A DNA stretch of 64,000 nucleotides from assembly GCA_964016885.1 (NCBI GenBank), contig OZ024765.1:5642001-5706000 (forward strand), read 5' to 3'. Of the stretch, positions 26,701-39,500 are shown piece after piece (the first letter of the stretch is position 1; every line of letters begins with the position of its first letter). Origin of the DNA: Eledone cirrhosa (Eukaryota). The notes under the pieces are model-generated. The model was not told the origin of the DNA. It saw only the letters and a list, made by a program, of their open reading frames with translations, and did not search any database. The position numbers and the translations under genes were made by a program.

Positions 26701-29700
26701 TAAACCATACGCAGTCCTGCACTCCTTACTTTATTATAGTATAGATATATATGTATGTATGTGTCTATCTACTTCAGTCCACCATAACTGTAACAATGAT
26801 GAAGTTTGTCCACCATGTACAGTTCTCACTACCAAGATGTGTAAAGGACAGCATGAGGTAAGTCACTGATGATGATGATGTTGTTGCTGTTGTTGGTGTC
26901 TTCTTTGTGTGTGGTTGTGGTAGTGGTGATGTCAGCTGAAGTATACATGATATATGTATATCATCATCATCACCGTTTAGCGTCCATTTTTCCATGCTTG
27001 CAAGAGACAAGTCTGGCCAGAGTTAGCCATGCCGTACCTTGCTGCGACGAGGACTGTAAATTTGGCTGGGGATTTTACAACTGGATGTCCTTCCTAATAC
27101 CAACCACATTTACAGTGTGGAACATATATATATATATATATGGAGAGAAATGAAGCAAGCATGCTCCGTTGGATGTGCAATGTCAATATGTGTGAACGAT
27201 CAAGCATAGACGAGTTGAGAAAGAAACTGGGTATAAGAGGGATAAGTTGTGGTGTGCAGGAGAGAAGGCTGAGATGGTATGGAGATGTGATACACATGGA
27301 GGATGACCGCTGGGTAAAGAAGTGCCAAGAAATCCCAATAGAAGGAAGCTGCAGAAGAGGTAGACCAGGAAAAACATGGCCGGAGGTGGTGAGAGATGAC
27401 CTCAGATCGCTGAAACTCACGGAGGAGATGACGAAGGACCGTGACAAGTGGAGAGATGCTGTGCTGAATAGGACCCGTCCAACCCTTGCAAGCAGGGAAA
27501 AACGGACGTAAAATGATGATGATGATGATGATATATATATGTATATATGTGTGTGTCTGTGTATGTGTGAAAAGAGCTGATTGTCAGATCAGACTAACAA
27601 TACTGCTAATAGCACCACAAGAACCGCCACCAACAACAATCCACAACCAACACCACCCCCCACTAGCACCACACACCACCATCGCACCAACACAATGACC
27701 ACACATACACCACCACTGCACACACAACCAACATCTCCACCACCACTACACACACACACCAACACGACCACACCACCACCAAAACCAACACCACCATCCC
27801 CACTAACATCAGATATATATATTCTTCTGTCCCTATATTTCAGGAACGTCACAACATACCCTGTCATATAACAGACATCTCCTGTGGTATGCCTTGTAAC
27901 AAGAGTTTACCTTGTATCCAACACAGATGTAAGAAGGTCTGCCATAAGGTAGGTGATTTTCCCCTTGTTGACACCTATTTTCAGCTCTCGAATAACCCCG
28001 TCTCCCTGCTTTTATTCCATGCATCTGCTTATTAAATTTTGCTATTCTATCATCATCGTTTAACGTCCATTTTCCATGCTATTATGAGAAGGATAGAGGC
28101 AGATGGCTTAGTGGTTAGAGCATTGGCCTTGCAATCGAAAGGTTGTGAGTTCAATTCTCAGACCGGGTGATGTGTTGTTTGCTTGAGCAAGACACTTTAT
28201 TTCACATTGCTACAGGTTTACTCAGCTGTAAAAATGAGATGATAGGGACTGTGGGTCCCTATCATTCCACTGCAAAGTGGTCGTGGAGGTGCCATGGCAA
28301 AAAAGCACCCAGCACTCACTGTAAATGAGGTTGGTGTTAGGAAGGGCATCCAGCTGTAGAAATCAAGCCAGAATCAGTTCCCGTCCCACCCTTGCAAGCA
28401 GGGAGAAGCGGATGTAAAATGATGATGATGATGATAGGTTGACCCTTTTTTGAGAGAATTAGGTCAGAGGACCGTGTTTAGTTCACCCGCTACTCCCGTT
28501 CCTAACGCCAACCACATTTACAGTGTGTGCTGGGTGCTTTTTGTCCTCTCACCTACATGACCACATTACAGTGTGGACTGGGCGCTTTTGGTAGAGATAA
28601 GAAATCTTGCAAAACATTAAAAAACGAAGTATATAACAACTATATATATATATATATATATTGGGGTAATCACAGTAAGTAAAGTACTCAGTACATTAGT
28701 AGTGTGTATACAACATTCGAAGGAAATCATGAGGAAAGCTTTCCTGATGATTCTGGCCGGTTTAAATGGTTAAACCAGCCAAAGCCCACCTCATCACCTC
28801 TCCAGTCCTTAACACAGTTGACTGTTCCTCCAGAGAAGGAAAGAGAGAGGGAGTGAGGAGATATAGAGGAAGAATTGACCCCCAGTACTGGACTGGTACT
28901 TTCTGTTATTGACTTTGAAAAGATGAAAGGCAAAGTCAACCTTGGCGGGTTTTGAACTCAGACAGCAGAGGCAGAGCGTATACCATAAACCATTTTATCT
29001 GACATGGTAAAAACTCCGCCATTCCTCCATCCATCCATCTATCTATCTAGGGTTGGAAGGACCCTCAGTTGTGTCGAAGACATGACAACCTCTCCTGAGC
29101 AGTCGATGGTACGTTTGATCATACACAGGTTCCCAGTCTTCCTGGGAGTTCAGTGGCTACACTTCAGTACCTACTTGGTCTATATAGACCCATCCGGCCC
29201 TTACTAGCATGGAAAGCGGATGGTAAAACAACAATGATGATATATATATATGTGTGTGTATGCAAAATGCAAATGGAAACAACACAGTACACTGAAGAAA
29301 TATATTAGTTTAATGCTTGATATAGTAGGGAAAGAGTCTTAATGTTTCAGACGCTAGTCCTTCATCAGAAGATAGAATGAGAAATTAAAGATGAAATAGA
29401 AAGATTGAGAGTAAAAAGAGGAAACAATGGAAAGAAAGATTTGAGAAAAAACATCTGTATTCAATCTACCATACACAAACATACATACATACATACACAT
29501 ATGCATACATATATGCATACATACATGCACATACATGCACATATATATATATACATAGAAACAGAAATACACAAAATACACATATACAAACATACATACA
29601 GAAATTTACTTATACATACACACACACAAACATATGCATACATACACACAAATATACACACACATACACACAAATATACACACACATACATACAGCAGTT

Positions 29701-32700
29701 GTTGTAATAATGTTTATTTTTCTGTCCACCAGGATCGTTGCCAAGGTAATGGTGAACAGTGCACTCAACAGTGTCAGAAGCCACGTGCAGCATGCGGACA
29801 TCCATGCAACACACCCTGTCATCCTGGTAAACCTTGTCCGAAAGTTGCCTGCAAACAACAGGTTGGTATTGGTGACAACTACTGGTGTTGCATCTGTGTG
29901 ACACATATATAACATATATTGGTGTCACTTTTATGACACCATTATATGTTGTAGACATAAGGCGGTGGATTGGCAGTATCGGTAGAGGGTCGGACGCCAT
30001 GCTTTCCAGCATAGTTACGTCGCTTTACGATCTGAGTTCAAATCCCGCCGAGGTTGACTTTGCCTTTCATCCTTACGGGGTCGATAAAATAAAGTACCAG
30101 TAATGCACTGGGTAATTGCTGGCCTTGTGCCTAAAGTAGAAACAATTATATGTTGTAGACATTATCACTTTTTAGAAAGATGGAGATGGAGAAGAAGTGT
30201 TCCAATGGTCCAAAAAAATATATCAGAAGGCGTAGTTTTTATAAAAAAATACTTTATTTTTTTTATTGGTTTGAACACATGAACAAAGTGTATAATAATA
30301 ATAATGAAAATATTGTGTACAGTGCTCAACACCACCTACATGTCACCAACATGTCACCTCAACCACCAATATGTCACTAACATCACCTACATGCCACCAC
30401 AACCATCAATATGTCACCAACATCACCTACATGTCACCAATGTCATCAATGACATGTCACATAAGTGTCACCAATATGTCACATCGCTCTGATCAATCGA
30501 CAAGATCTCGGACCTCATTCGCTGGCCGAGTGAGGTGGCCGTTGTCAAATCAGACCAGTGAAATAATGTTTCCATTGGTGACACTATCTAGCACTCGCCA
30601 CTCCTCGCGAAGGAGCAACATGAAATAAAGTGTCTTGCTCAAGGACACAGTGGACTGGAGCAACATGAAATAAAGTGTCTTGCTCAAGGACACAGTGGAC
30701 TGGAGCAATGTGAAACAAAGTGTCTTGCTCCAGGACACAGTGGACTGGAGCAACGTGAAACAAAGTGTCTTGCTCCAGGACACAGTGGACTGGAGCAACG
30801 TGAAACAAAGTGTCTTGCTCCAGGACACAGTGGACTGGAGCAACGTGAAACAAAGTGTCTTGCTCCAGGACACAGTGGACTGGAGCAACGTGAAACAAAG
30901 TGTCTTGCTTCAGGACACAGTGGACTAGAGCAACGTGAAACAAAGTGTCTTGCTCCAGGACACAGTGGACTGGAGCAACGTGAAACAAAGTGTCTTGCTC
31001 CAGGACACAGTGGACTGGAGCAACGTGAAACAAAGTGTCTTGCTCCAGGACACAGTGGACTGGAGCAACGTGAAACAAAGTGTCTTGCTCCAGGACACAG
31101 TGGACTGGAGCAACGTGAAACAAAGTGTCTTGCTCCAGGACACAGTGGACTGGAGCAACGTGAAACAAAGTGTCTTGCTCCAGGACACAGTGGACTGGAG
31201 CAACGTGAAACAAAGTGTCTTGCTCCAGGACACAGTGGACTGGAGCAACGTGAAACAAAGTGTCTTGCTCCAGGACACAGTGGACTGGAGCAACGTGAAA
31301 CAAAGTGTCTTGCTCCAGGACACAGTGGACTGGAGCAACGTGAAACAAAGTGTCTTGCTCCAGGACACAACATATCACGTGGTCCAAGAATTGAACTTAT
31401 AACTCCACAAATGCAAATGGCACGCTCTAACCACTAAACCACCTCCATATTCACCAGCAGCACCCTAACCCTACTTACCACCACCAAAGCAGGACCACTC
31501 TATCTTGCAGGTTGCTGTAAAATGTCCTTGTGGTCTTCGTTCAGCTAATGTCCAGTGCCTTCTGGGTGAGGACTCCCTCTTCACCCAGTTCTCAAAGTAA
31601 GTCTATCTTGCTATTACATTCCGCATACCTTTTAACTACCACTACTACTACTACCTCTACTGTTGCCACTACTACTACTACTACCTCTACTGTTGCCACT
31701 ACTACTACTACTACCTCTACTGTTGCCACTGCTACTACTACTACCTCTACTGTTGCCACTACTACTACTACTACCTCTACTGTTGCCACTACTACTACTA
31801 CTACCTCTACTGTTGCCACTACTACTACTACTACCTCTACTGTTGCCACTACTACTACTACCTCTACTGTTGCCACTACTACTACTACTACCTCTACTGT
31901 TGCCATTACTACTACTACCTCTACTGTTGCCACTACTACTACCTCTACTGTTGCCACTACTACTACTACTACCTCTACTGTTGCCACTACTACTACTACC
32001 TCTACTGTTGCCACTACTACTACTACTACTACTACCTCTACTGTTGCCACTACTACTACTACTACTACCTCTACTGTTGCCACTACTACTACTACCTCTA
32101 CTGTTGCCACTACTACTACTACCTCTACTGTTGCCACTACTACTACTACTACCTCTACTGTTGCCACTACTACTACTACTACCTCTACTGTTGCCACTAC
32201 TACTACTACCTCTACTGTTGCCACTACTACTACTACTACTACCTCTACTGTTGCCACTACTACTACTACTACTACCTCTACTGTTGCCACTACTACTACT
32301 ACCTCTACTGTTGCCACTACTACTACTACCTCTACTGTTGCCACTACTATTACTACTACTACTACCACCTATAAACTACTCCTCTATAGCACCACCACTA
32401 TACTACTACTACTATAGTAACACCTCTATACTACTACTGACACCACTTCCACCACATACTTCCACACATATGCACTCATAAACACATACATCCTTACACA
32501 CACACACACACATATAGCTTTACACATACCTCCCACACACACATGCCCTGCCACCCTAAATCTCTCTGGTCCCTTTCTGCAGAATGACCCTGGTTGACCT
32601 CAACAATGCTACTTCTGGCAGCGATGTGGACATCACCAAATTCTCTCGACTGAAGTCTGGCCTACGACAGTAAGTATAGCTTTAGCTTCTTGTAGATGTG

Positions 32701-33470
32701 GAGGTGCTCATGCCTTTCCTGAAAGGCTACTGTAACTGTATGTCACTCACCGCGCACATACACATGCATATATATACACACATCATCAGTAACCACGCAG
32801 TCACATCCCTATCATCATCACTGTTTTACATCTGTTCTTCCACGCTAGCATGGGTTAGACGGGTTGTCCTGTTGTGGGCAGTGTCTGGTCAGCTGACCTT
32901 GCCTTGCTCATACAGGAACTGATTCTGGCTTGATTTCTACAGCTGGATGCCCTTCCTAACACCAACCCCATTTACAGTGAGTGCTGGGTGCTTTTTTTCC
33001 GTGGCACCTCCACGACCACTTTGCAGTGGGAGGGTGTGGGGGCATATTGTCTATATGCTTCAGCAATCCATATTTATATATTTATTGTTTTATGACCTTC
33101 GCTCCATCCTCTCTATTGATCTTGCATGTTTTTGTTGTGGTACGACATAAGTCTGACCAGGAATAACAAAATAAGACTTCGGTCCCTATCATTAAAACAC
33201 CCAAGAAAACTCCTATGAGCTTAGCTAAACCTACATAGATCTGAACTGTAAATTTCATTTCCTTTTCCAGGCTTGACTGTAATGAGGAATGTAGCATCCG
33301 AGAGAGGAATCGCAGGCTAGCTCTGGCATTGGAAATTAAAAATCCAGACCTTTCTTCAAAACTTGGTTCACCATCTTACTCTCAATTCCTGAAGGACTTT
33401 ACTAAGTACAATACATTTTTATTTTTATTTTATTTTTAGTAGATCATTTTTTAAATTAACAGTCTCTCTC

Positions 33471-33515
<45 letters not shown>

Positions 33516-36500
33516 CTACCTTGATTAAATCTTAACCATTAAACATGTCAGGGTATGTCATGTATCATTTTATTTTATCTGATGAGGACGTACTATTGAA
33601 CTTGATTCAAGTACCTCTGAAATATGTATAATAAAATTTAATTGATCACAAGAACATTTAATATTAATAACTCTGGAAAATATCTTTCTGTAGAGTGCTT
33701 TCAATCAACTGTAAAACTTATTCTTTGATGTACTCATTGAATCTTGTTTAACTCTTGAAAATTTATAATATATATGTATATCTGTATATGTGTGATTATA
33801 GTGTAGTACTTCACTATTTTGTTTGGTAAGATGAGAGAAGCTCAATGTACACTACTGTTGTTGGTTCATCAGAAGTGGACGATTATGTTATCGACAGTTC
33901 AAATATCCTATTAAGGACAGTTCAGCTAGCAGAGTATTAAAATACAATATTTAAAAAATTCAAGGTTATGAATTTGCATTAATGCCTTTATTTCTATGTT
34001 TGTTTCAATATGGTTGTGTCATAAGTACTTGTGACACAACTTGAAATTATTTATTAACGATTAACATCATACATGCTACTTATATCATCATCATCATCAT
34101 CATCAACGTTTAACGTCCGTGTTCCACGCTTGCATGGGTTTGGACGGGGGTATTCCCACTTGAGGCAAGAGTGATTGTCTTGCTCGCATAGGACTGTCTG
34201 GCAGGTTTTCTACAGTTGGATGCCCTTCCTAACACCAACCACATTTACAGTGTGGGTCTGGGAGGTTTTTACCGTGTTGCCTACACGGCCACATTACAGC
34301 GTGGACTGTGTGTTTTTTTGTCGATATATATATATATATGTGTGTGTGTGTATGTATGTATATATATGTGTGTGTATATATATATGTGTGTGTATGTATA
34401 TATATATAAATAAATAAATAAGACAATGACACTGGATCGAGATCTTTGACGCCATGCAATTGTCCACTGTGTCAATGACACAACAGTCCACACTGTAAGG
34501 TGGCCGTGTAGGAGACACAGTAAAAAGGCACCCAGTCCACACTGTAAATGTGGTTGGTGTTAGGAAGGGCATCCAGCTGTAAAAAAACTTGCCAGAGACA
34601 CTTCCGTGCGAGCGAGACACGGTCTCCCAACCATTCTCGCATCAAATGGAACAAAACCGTCTAACCCATGCTAGCGTGGAAGATGGACGTTAAACGATGA
34701 TGATGATATCATCATCATCATCATCATCATCACCGTTTTACGTCCGTTCTTCCACGCTAGCATGGGTTAGACGGGTTGTCCTGTTGTGGGCAGTGTCTGG
34801 TCGGCTGACCATGCCTTGCTCATACAGGAACTGATCTGGCTTGATTTCTACAGCTGGATGCCCTTCCTAACACCAACCTCATTTACAGTGAGTGCTGGGT
34901 GCTTTTTCGTGGCGCCTACACGTCCACTTTACAGTGTGGGCTGGGTGCTTTTTTGCCGTGGCACCTCCACGACCACCTTGCGGTGGGGGGGGGGGGGGGG
35001 GGGCATATTGTTTATATGCTTCAGCATGTACCCATGGGAGGTCGGGTACCCTGTATTACTGCGTGACGCCAGAAGTCACGGTCGTGTGTCATTGACTTTG
35101 AGAGGTGTAGTTGGGTAAGGTCGGCTTTTATCACCTCATCCCAAGTCATCTTGGGTCTCCCCACTCCGCGGTTTCCATCAACTTCTAGTGCTCTGCACCT
35201 TTTTATGCAGCTGTCATCCTTCATACGCATCACATGTCCATACCAGCGTAACCGCCTCTCCTGCACGCAGCATTTGATTCCTCTTATGCTCAGTCTCTCT
35301 CTCAATTCATTTATGCTTTGTCGTTCACGTATATTACTGTTACACATCCATCGGAGCATGCAGGCTTCGTTTCTCTCTAATCTACGTAAGTCTTCCACCT
35401 TCAGCGCCCAGGTCTCACTACCATGCAACATCGCTGTTCGGATACACGCATCATACAGTCTGCCTTTCATTCTGAGGGAGAAGCCTTTTGCAGCTAGCAG
35501 TGGTAGTAGTTCCCTAAACTTCTTCCATCCCGTTCTTACCCTAGTTATTGTACTTTCTGAGCACCCACCTCCGTTGCTAATTCGGTCACCTAGGTAGCAG
35601 AAGCTGTCTACTGTTTCTACAGGGCCCTCCCAGAGATTGGTGGTACTTGTTTCCTGTGGCTGTTTGCTTGCTGTTTCAGCACAGCTGCTGCATGTGAATC
35701 CTACATTCTTAATTAAGCTTCCTGAGATCCCGCTACATCTCTTGTGTACCCATTGTTTGCATTTGGGGCAAAGAATGGAGTTCCTACCTACACCTTTCCT
35801 ACATACTGAGCAAGGCCATTTCCCTGAGGGGATCTGGGTTCTGTTTTCTCGTCTACTTATAAGGACCTTAGTCTTTGTCATGTTGACTTTGAGGCCCTTT
35901 CTCTCTAGTCCCTGCTTCCAGGTTTGGAATTTATTCTCTAGTTCTACCATAGATTCAGCTATGAGTGCGAGGTCATCAGCATACAGGAGTTCCCATGGGC
36001 ATCCGGTCTTAAACTCCTCCGTTATTGCCTGCAGGACTATGATGAACAGGAGAGGGCTAAGAACAGAGCCCTGGTGGACCCCAACCTGTACGCTAAATTC
36101 CTCGCTATACTCATTGCCAATCCTAACTTTGCTGACTGCTCCCCTATACATGGCTTGTACCGCTTTCACAAGCCATTCATCTACTCCTAGTTTTCTAAGA
36201 GCCCACCAGATTACTGCACGTGGAACTCTGTCAAAGGCTTTCTCAAGGTCGACAAATGCCAAGTAGAGTGGCTTACTTTTAGCTAGGTACTTTTCCTGTA
36301 ATTGCCTCACAAGGAAGAGCGCATCAGTGGTGCCTTTCCCTGGAACAAACCCAAATTGCATCTCGTCTATATTCACCCGGTCCCTAATCAGCTGTGCTAT
36401 AACTCTTTCTGTTACTTTCATGACCTGGTCCATCAACTTTATACCTCTATAGTTTCCTCTATCTAGTGCATCGCCTTTACCTTTGTAGCAGTTGACAATG

Positions 36501-39500
36501 ATGCTACTGCACCAATCTTTTGGTATGGCCCCCTCTAGTATTACCTGGTTAACGATACGTGTGGTTATAGTGTGACCTACAGACCCAGATGCCTTCAGCA
36601 TCTCGGCAGCTATACCCGATGGACCGGTTGCCTTCCCTATCTTCATATCTCTGATTGCCTTACTTACTACGCTGCCGCTGACTTGTACTGCTGGTCCCTC
36701 TATAGGGTCTACGTGGGGTAGGGTCTCTTCTTCCCATGCATTCTCCTCATTTAGTAATCTATCATAATGACTCTTCCATGCATCTTTCTTCTCAGCACTT
36801 GTGAGGGCAAGCTCACCTTTATCATTCCGGATACACTTCTCTCCAATGACATCACAACTATCTCTGACACACTGCCTCGCAATCTTGAATACCTCCTGTT
36901 TCTGGTCCTCACGTTGTAAAACATGCTTGAATTTTCTATCCTCTGCTTCCCTCCTAGCTAAGTATACTTGTCGCCTAGCTTCCCTCTTGGTCTCTATGTA
37001 ATGTACCCTGCTCCCCCCGTTCTTCCATTCTTTCCATGCCTGTCTCTTGGCCTTGACTGCTTCATCTACCTTATTGTTCCACCACCAAGTCACTCTCCTC
37101 CTGCTTGAGGTCTTACTCCAGCCACAAACCTCATCCGTCGCCTCTAGTAAGTTATTTTTTAGGAACTCCCAGTTCTCTTCTACGTTAAATGTCTCTATCT
37201 GTTCTTCTTTACTGTCGTAGGCGTTGAGTAAAATATCTTTAAATCTGTTACTGGTTGAGGGGACTTTCAGCTTCCAGATCTTTCTTCTCCAGGTTGGCCT
37301 CTGTTTCAGGGCTCGTCTAGTTCTGACCGTGAGGTCGCTGACAACTAAGCTATGTTGGGATGTACATTCCTCACTAGGGAAGGCTTTTGTGTTTACGACC
37401 GTCCATCTGTCACGTCCTCTGATGAGGATAAAATCTAACTGACTAGAGTGCTCCCCTGATCTATAGGTGATCAGGTGGTTGTCGGGTTTTTTAAAGTTTG
37501 TGTTACATATCGACATGTCATTGGCGTCGCAGAATTCTAGAAGTCTGAATCCTTCCTCATTCCTTGTGCCAACTCCATGGCCTCCATGAAGCCGTCGCAG
37601 TGTTTACCTACGTGTCCGTTAAAATCTCCTGCAATGATTAGGAAGTCCTTGTCGTCTGTTAGAGCAGTAGTGTGTATTAGGGACTCGTAAAACCTATCCT
37701 TAAGTTCGTCTGGCAGCCCCGATTGGGGTGCGTAAGCTGATATTATTGTGGTAATTGTCTTATTCAGGACTAGTCTGAGTTTAATGATTCTTGCATTTAC
37801 CCTGTACACTGAGATTACTTTATCTACCCACTTGTCAGCTAATAGTATACCTACACCACCCATCCCATCGTCATTTCCCACCCAGAAAAATTTGTAGCAC
37901 TGGCTTTTTCCTACAAGGACTCTAGCAGACCCTCCTCTCCATCTAGTCTCTTGCACACAGCATACATCAACTTCCTTTCGCTCTAGCATTTCTACGATTT
38001 CTCCTGCTCTTCCTTTCATTGAGCCTACATTGATGGTACCAACTCGGAGTTTTGGGCATTTGTCGACACTCGTAGGGGAGGGTCTCTGGGTTGGCGCTTC
38101 ACGTGGGTGCTTGGTAGCTCGCAGATTCATATTTCATCTATTGATTCAGAGTTGCTCGTGTATTCCCAGCTCATCCATCCCTAACGGTGGGAAAATTGAG
38201 GGCTAGAAGGACAGTGGTGGTGGGGTAATGGCAGGGTGTGTTGGGATGCGCCAGAGGAGGAGAGAGTTAGTTAGGCAGGTAGTAGCAGCAGCAGCAGTGG
38301 AAATGGCATGCTAGGTTTGATTGGTCGAATAGACTATGGTGGTGTGTGGGGGTGGGGGGAGGGAAATTGTGATATATATATATGTATATATATGTATATA
38401 TCAACATCATCGGTAACTACTGAGCTGCAGGTTTTTATATCGGAGTTATCCCAGTTTCCTGAGTTGCCTTCTCCTAGAAGGATGCCCTGACAAAGGCTAG
38501 GGGTCCTTCAGACAATTTAATTATGTAATAGTTACTAAGTCACAGCAAAATTTAAAGAATTGATAGGGAGATGGCCCAGCTAGCAATGTTATCACAACTA
38601 CTTATTCCATTTTTCTTGTGATTTTAGACATAATGCTCCTGTTGTAGCTGCCATAGAGAAGGCCCTGACAGACTTGGTACAAAGCACGAAACAGGTATGT
38701 ACTTATAACTACACTGTACTAAACAGCTAGGTACCACAACTGTACTGTACTAAACAGCTAGGTACCACAACTACACTGTACTAAACAGGTATGTACTTAT
38801 AACTACACTGTACTAAACAGCTAGGTACCATAACTACACTGTACTAAACAGCTAGGTACCATAACTACACTGTACTAAACAGCTAGGTACCATAACTACA
38901 CTGTACTAAACAGCTAGGTACCATAACTACACTGTACTAAACAGCTAGGTACCACAACTGCACTGTACTAAACTGCTAGGTACCATAACTACACTGTACT
39001 AAACAGCTAGGTACCATAACTGCACTGTACTAAACAGCTAGGTACCATAACTACACTGTACTAAACAGCTAGGTACCATAACTACACTGTACTAAACAGC
39101 TAGGTACCATAACTACACTGTACTAAACAGCTAGGTACCATAACTACACTGTACTAAACAGCTAGGTACCACAACTGCACTGTACTAAACAGCTAGGTAC
39201 CATAACTACACTGTACTAAACAGCTAGGTACCACAACTGCACTGTACTAAACAGCTAGGTACCACAACTGCACTACTAAACAGCTAGGTACCATAACTAC
39301 ACTGTACTAAACAGCTAGGTACCACAACTGCACTGTACTAAACAGCTAGGTACCACAACTGCACTGTACTAAACAGCTAGGTACCACAACTGCACTGTAC
39401 TAAACACACTAAACATATACTATGTATGATGTTGTCCAAGGGAAAGGCAAAGGCTGTTTCAACTTGGTATTAGTTACATTGTAGAAATATCCCATTTTGT

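Noticed and set aside
28096-28170. tRNA genes at SINE heads
   Set aside because: A/B boxes are present but continue into SINE core and LINE tail; no clean cloverleaf
28742-28790. CTGATGA plus hairpin as another hammerhead
   Set aside because: No GAAA, stem III or stem I pairing; similar failures at 33865 and 60578
31530-32481. Mucin-like poly-Thr ORF
   Set aside because: (ACT)n intronic repeat; frame differs from the NFX1 exon
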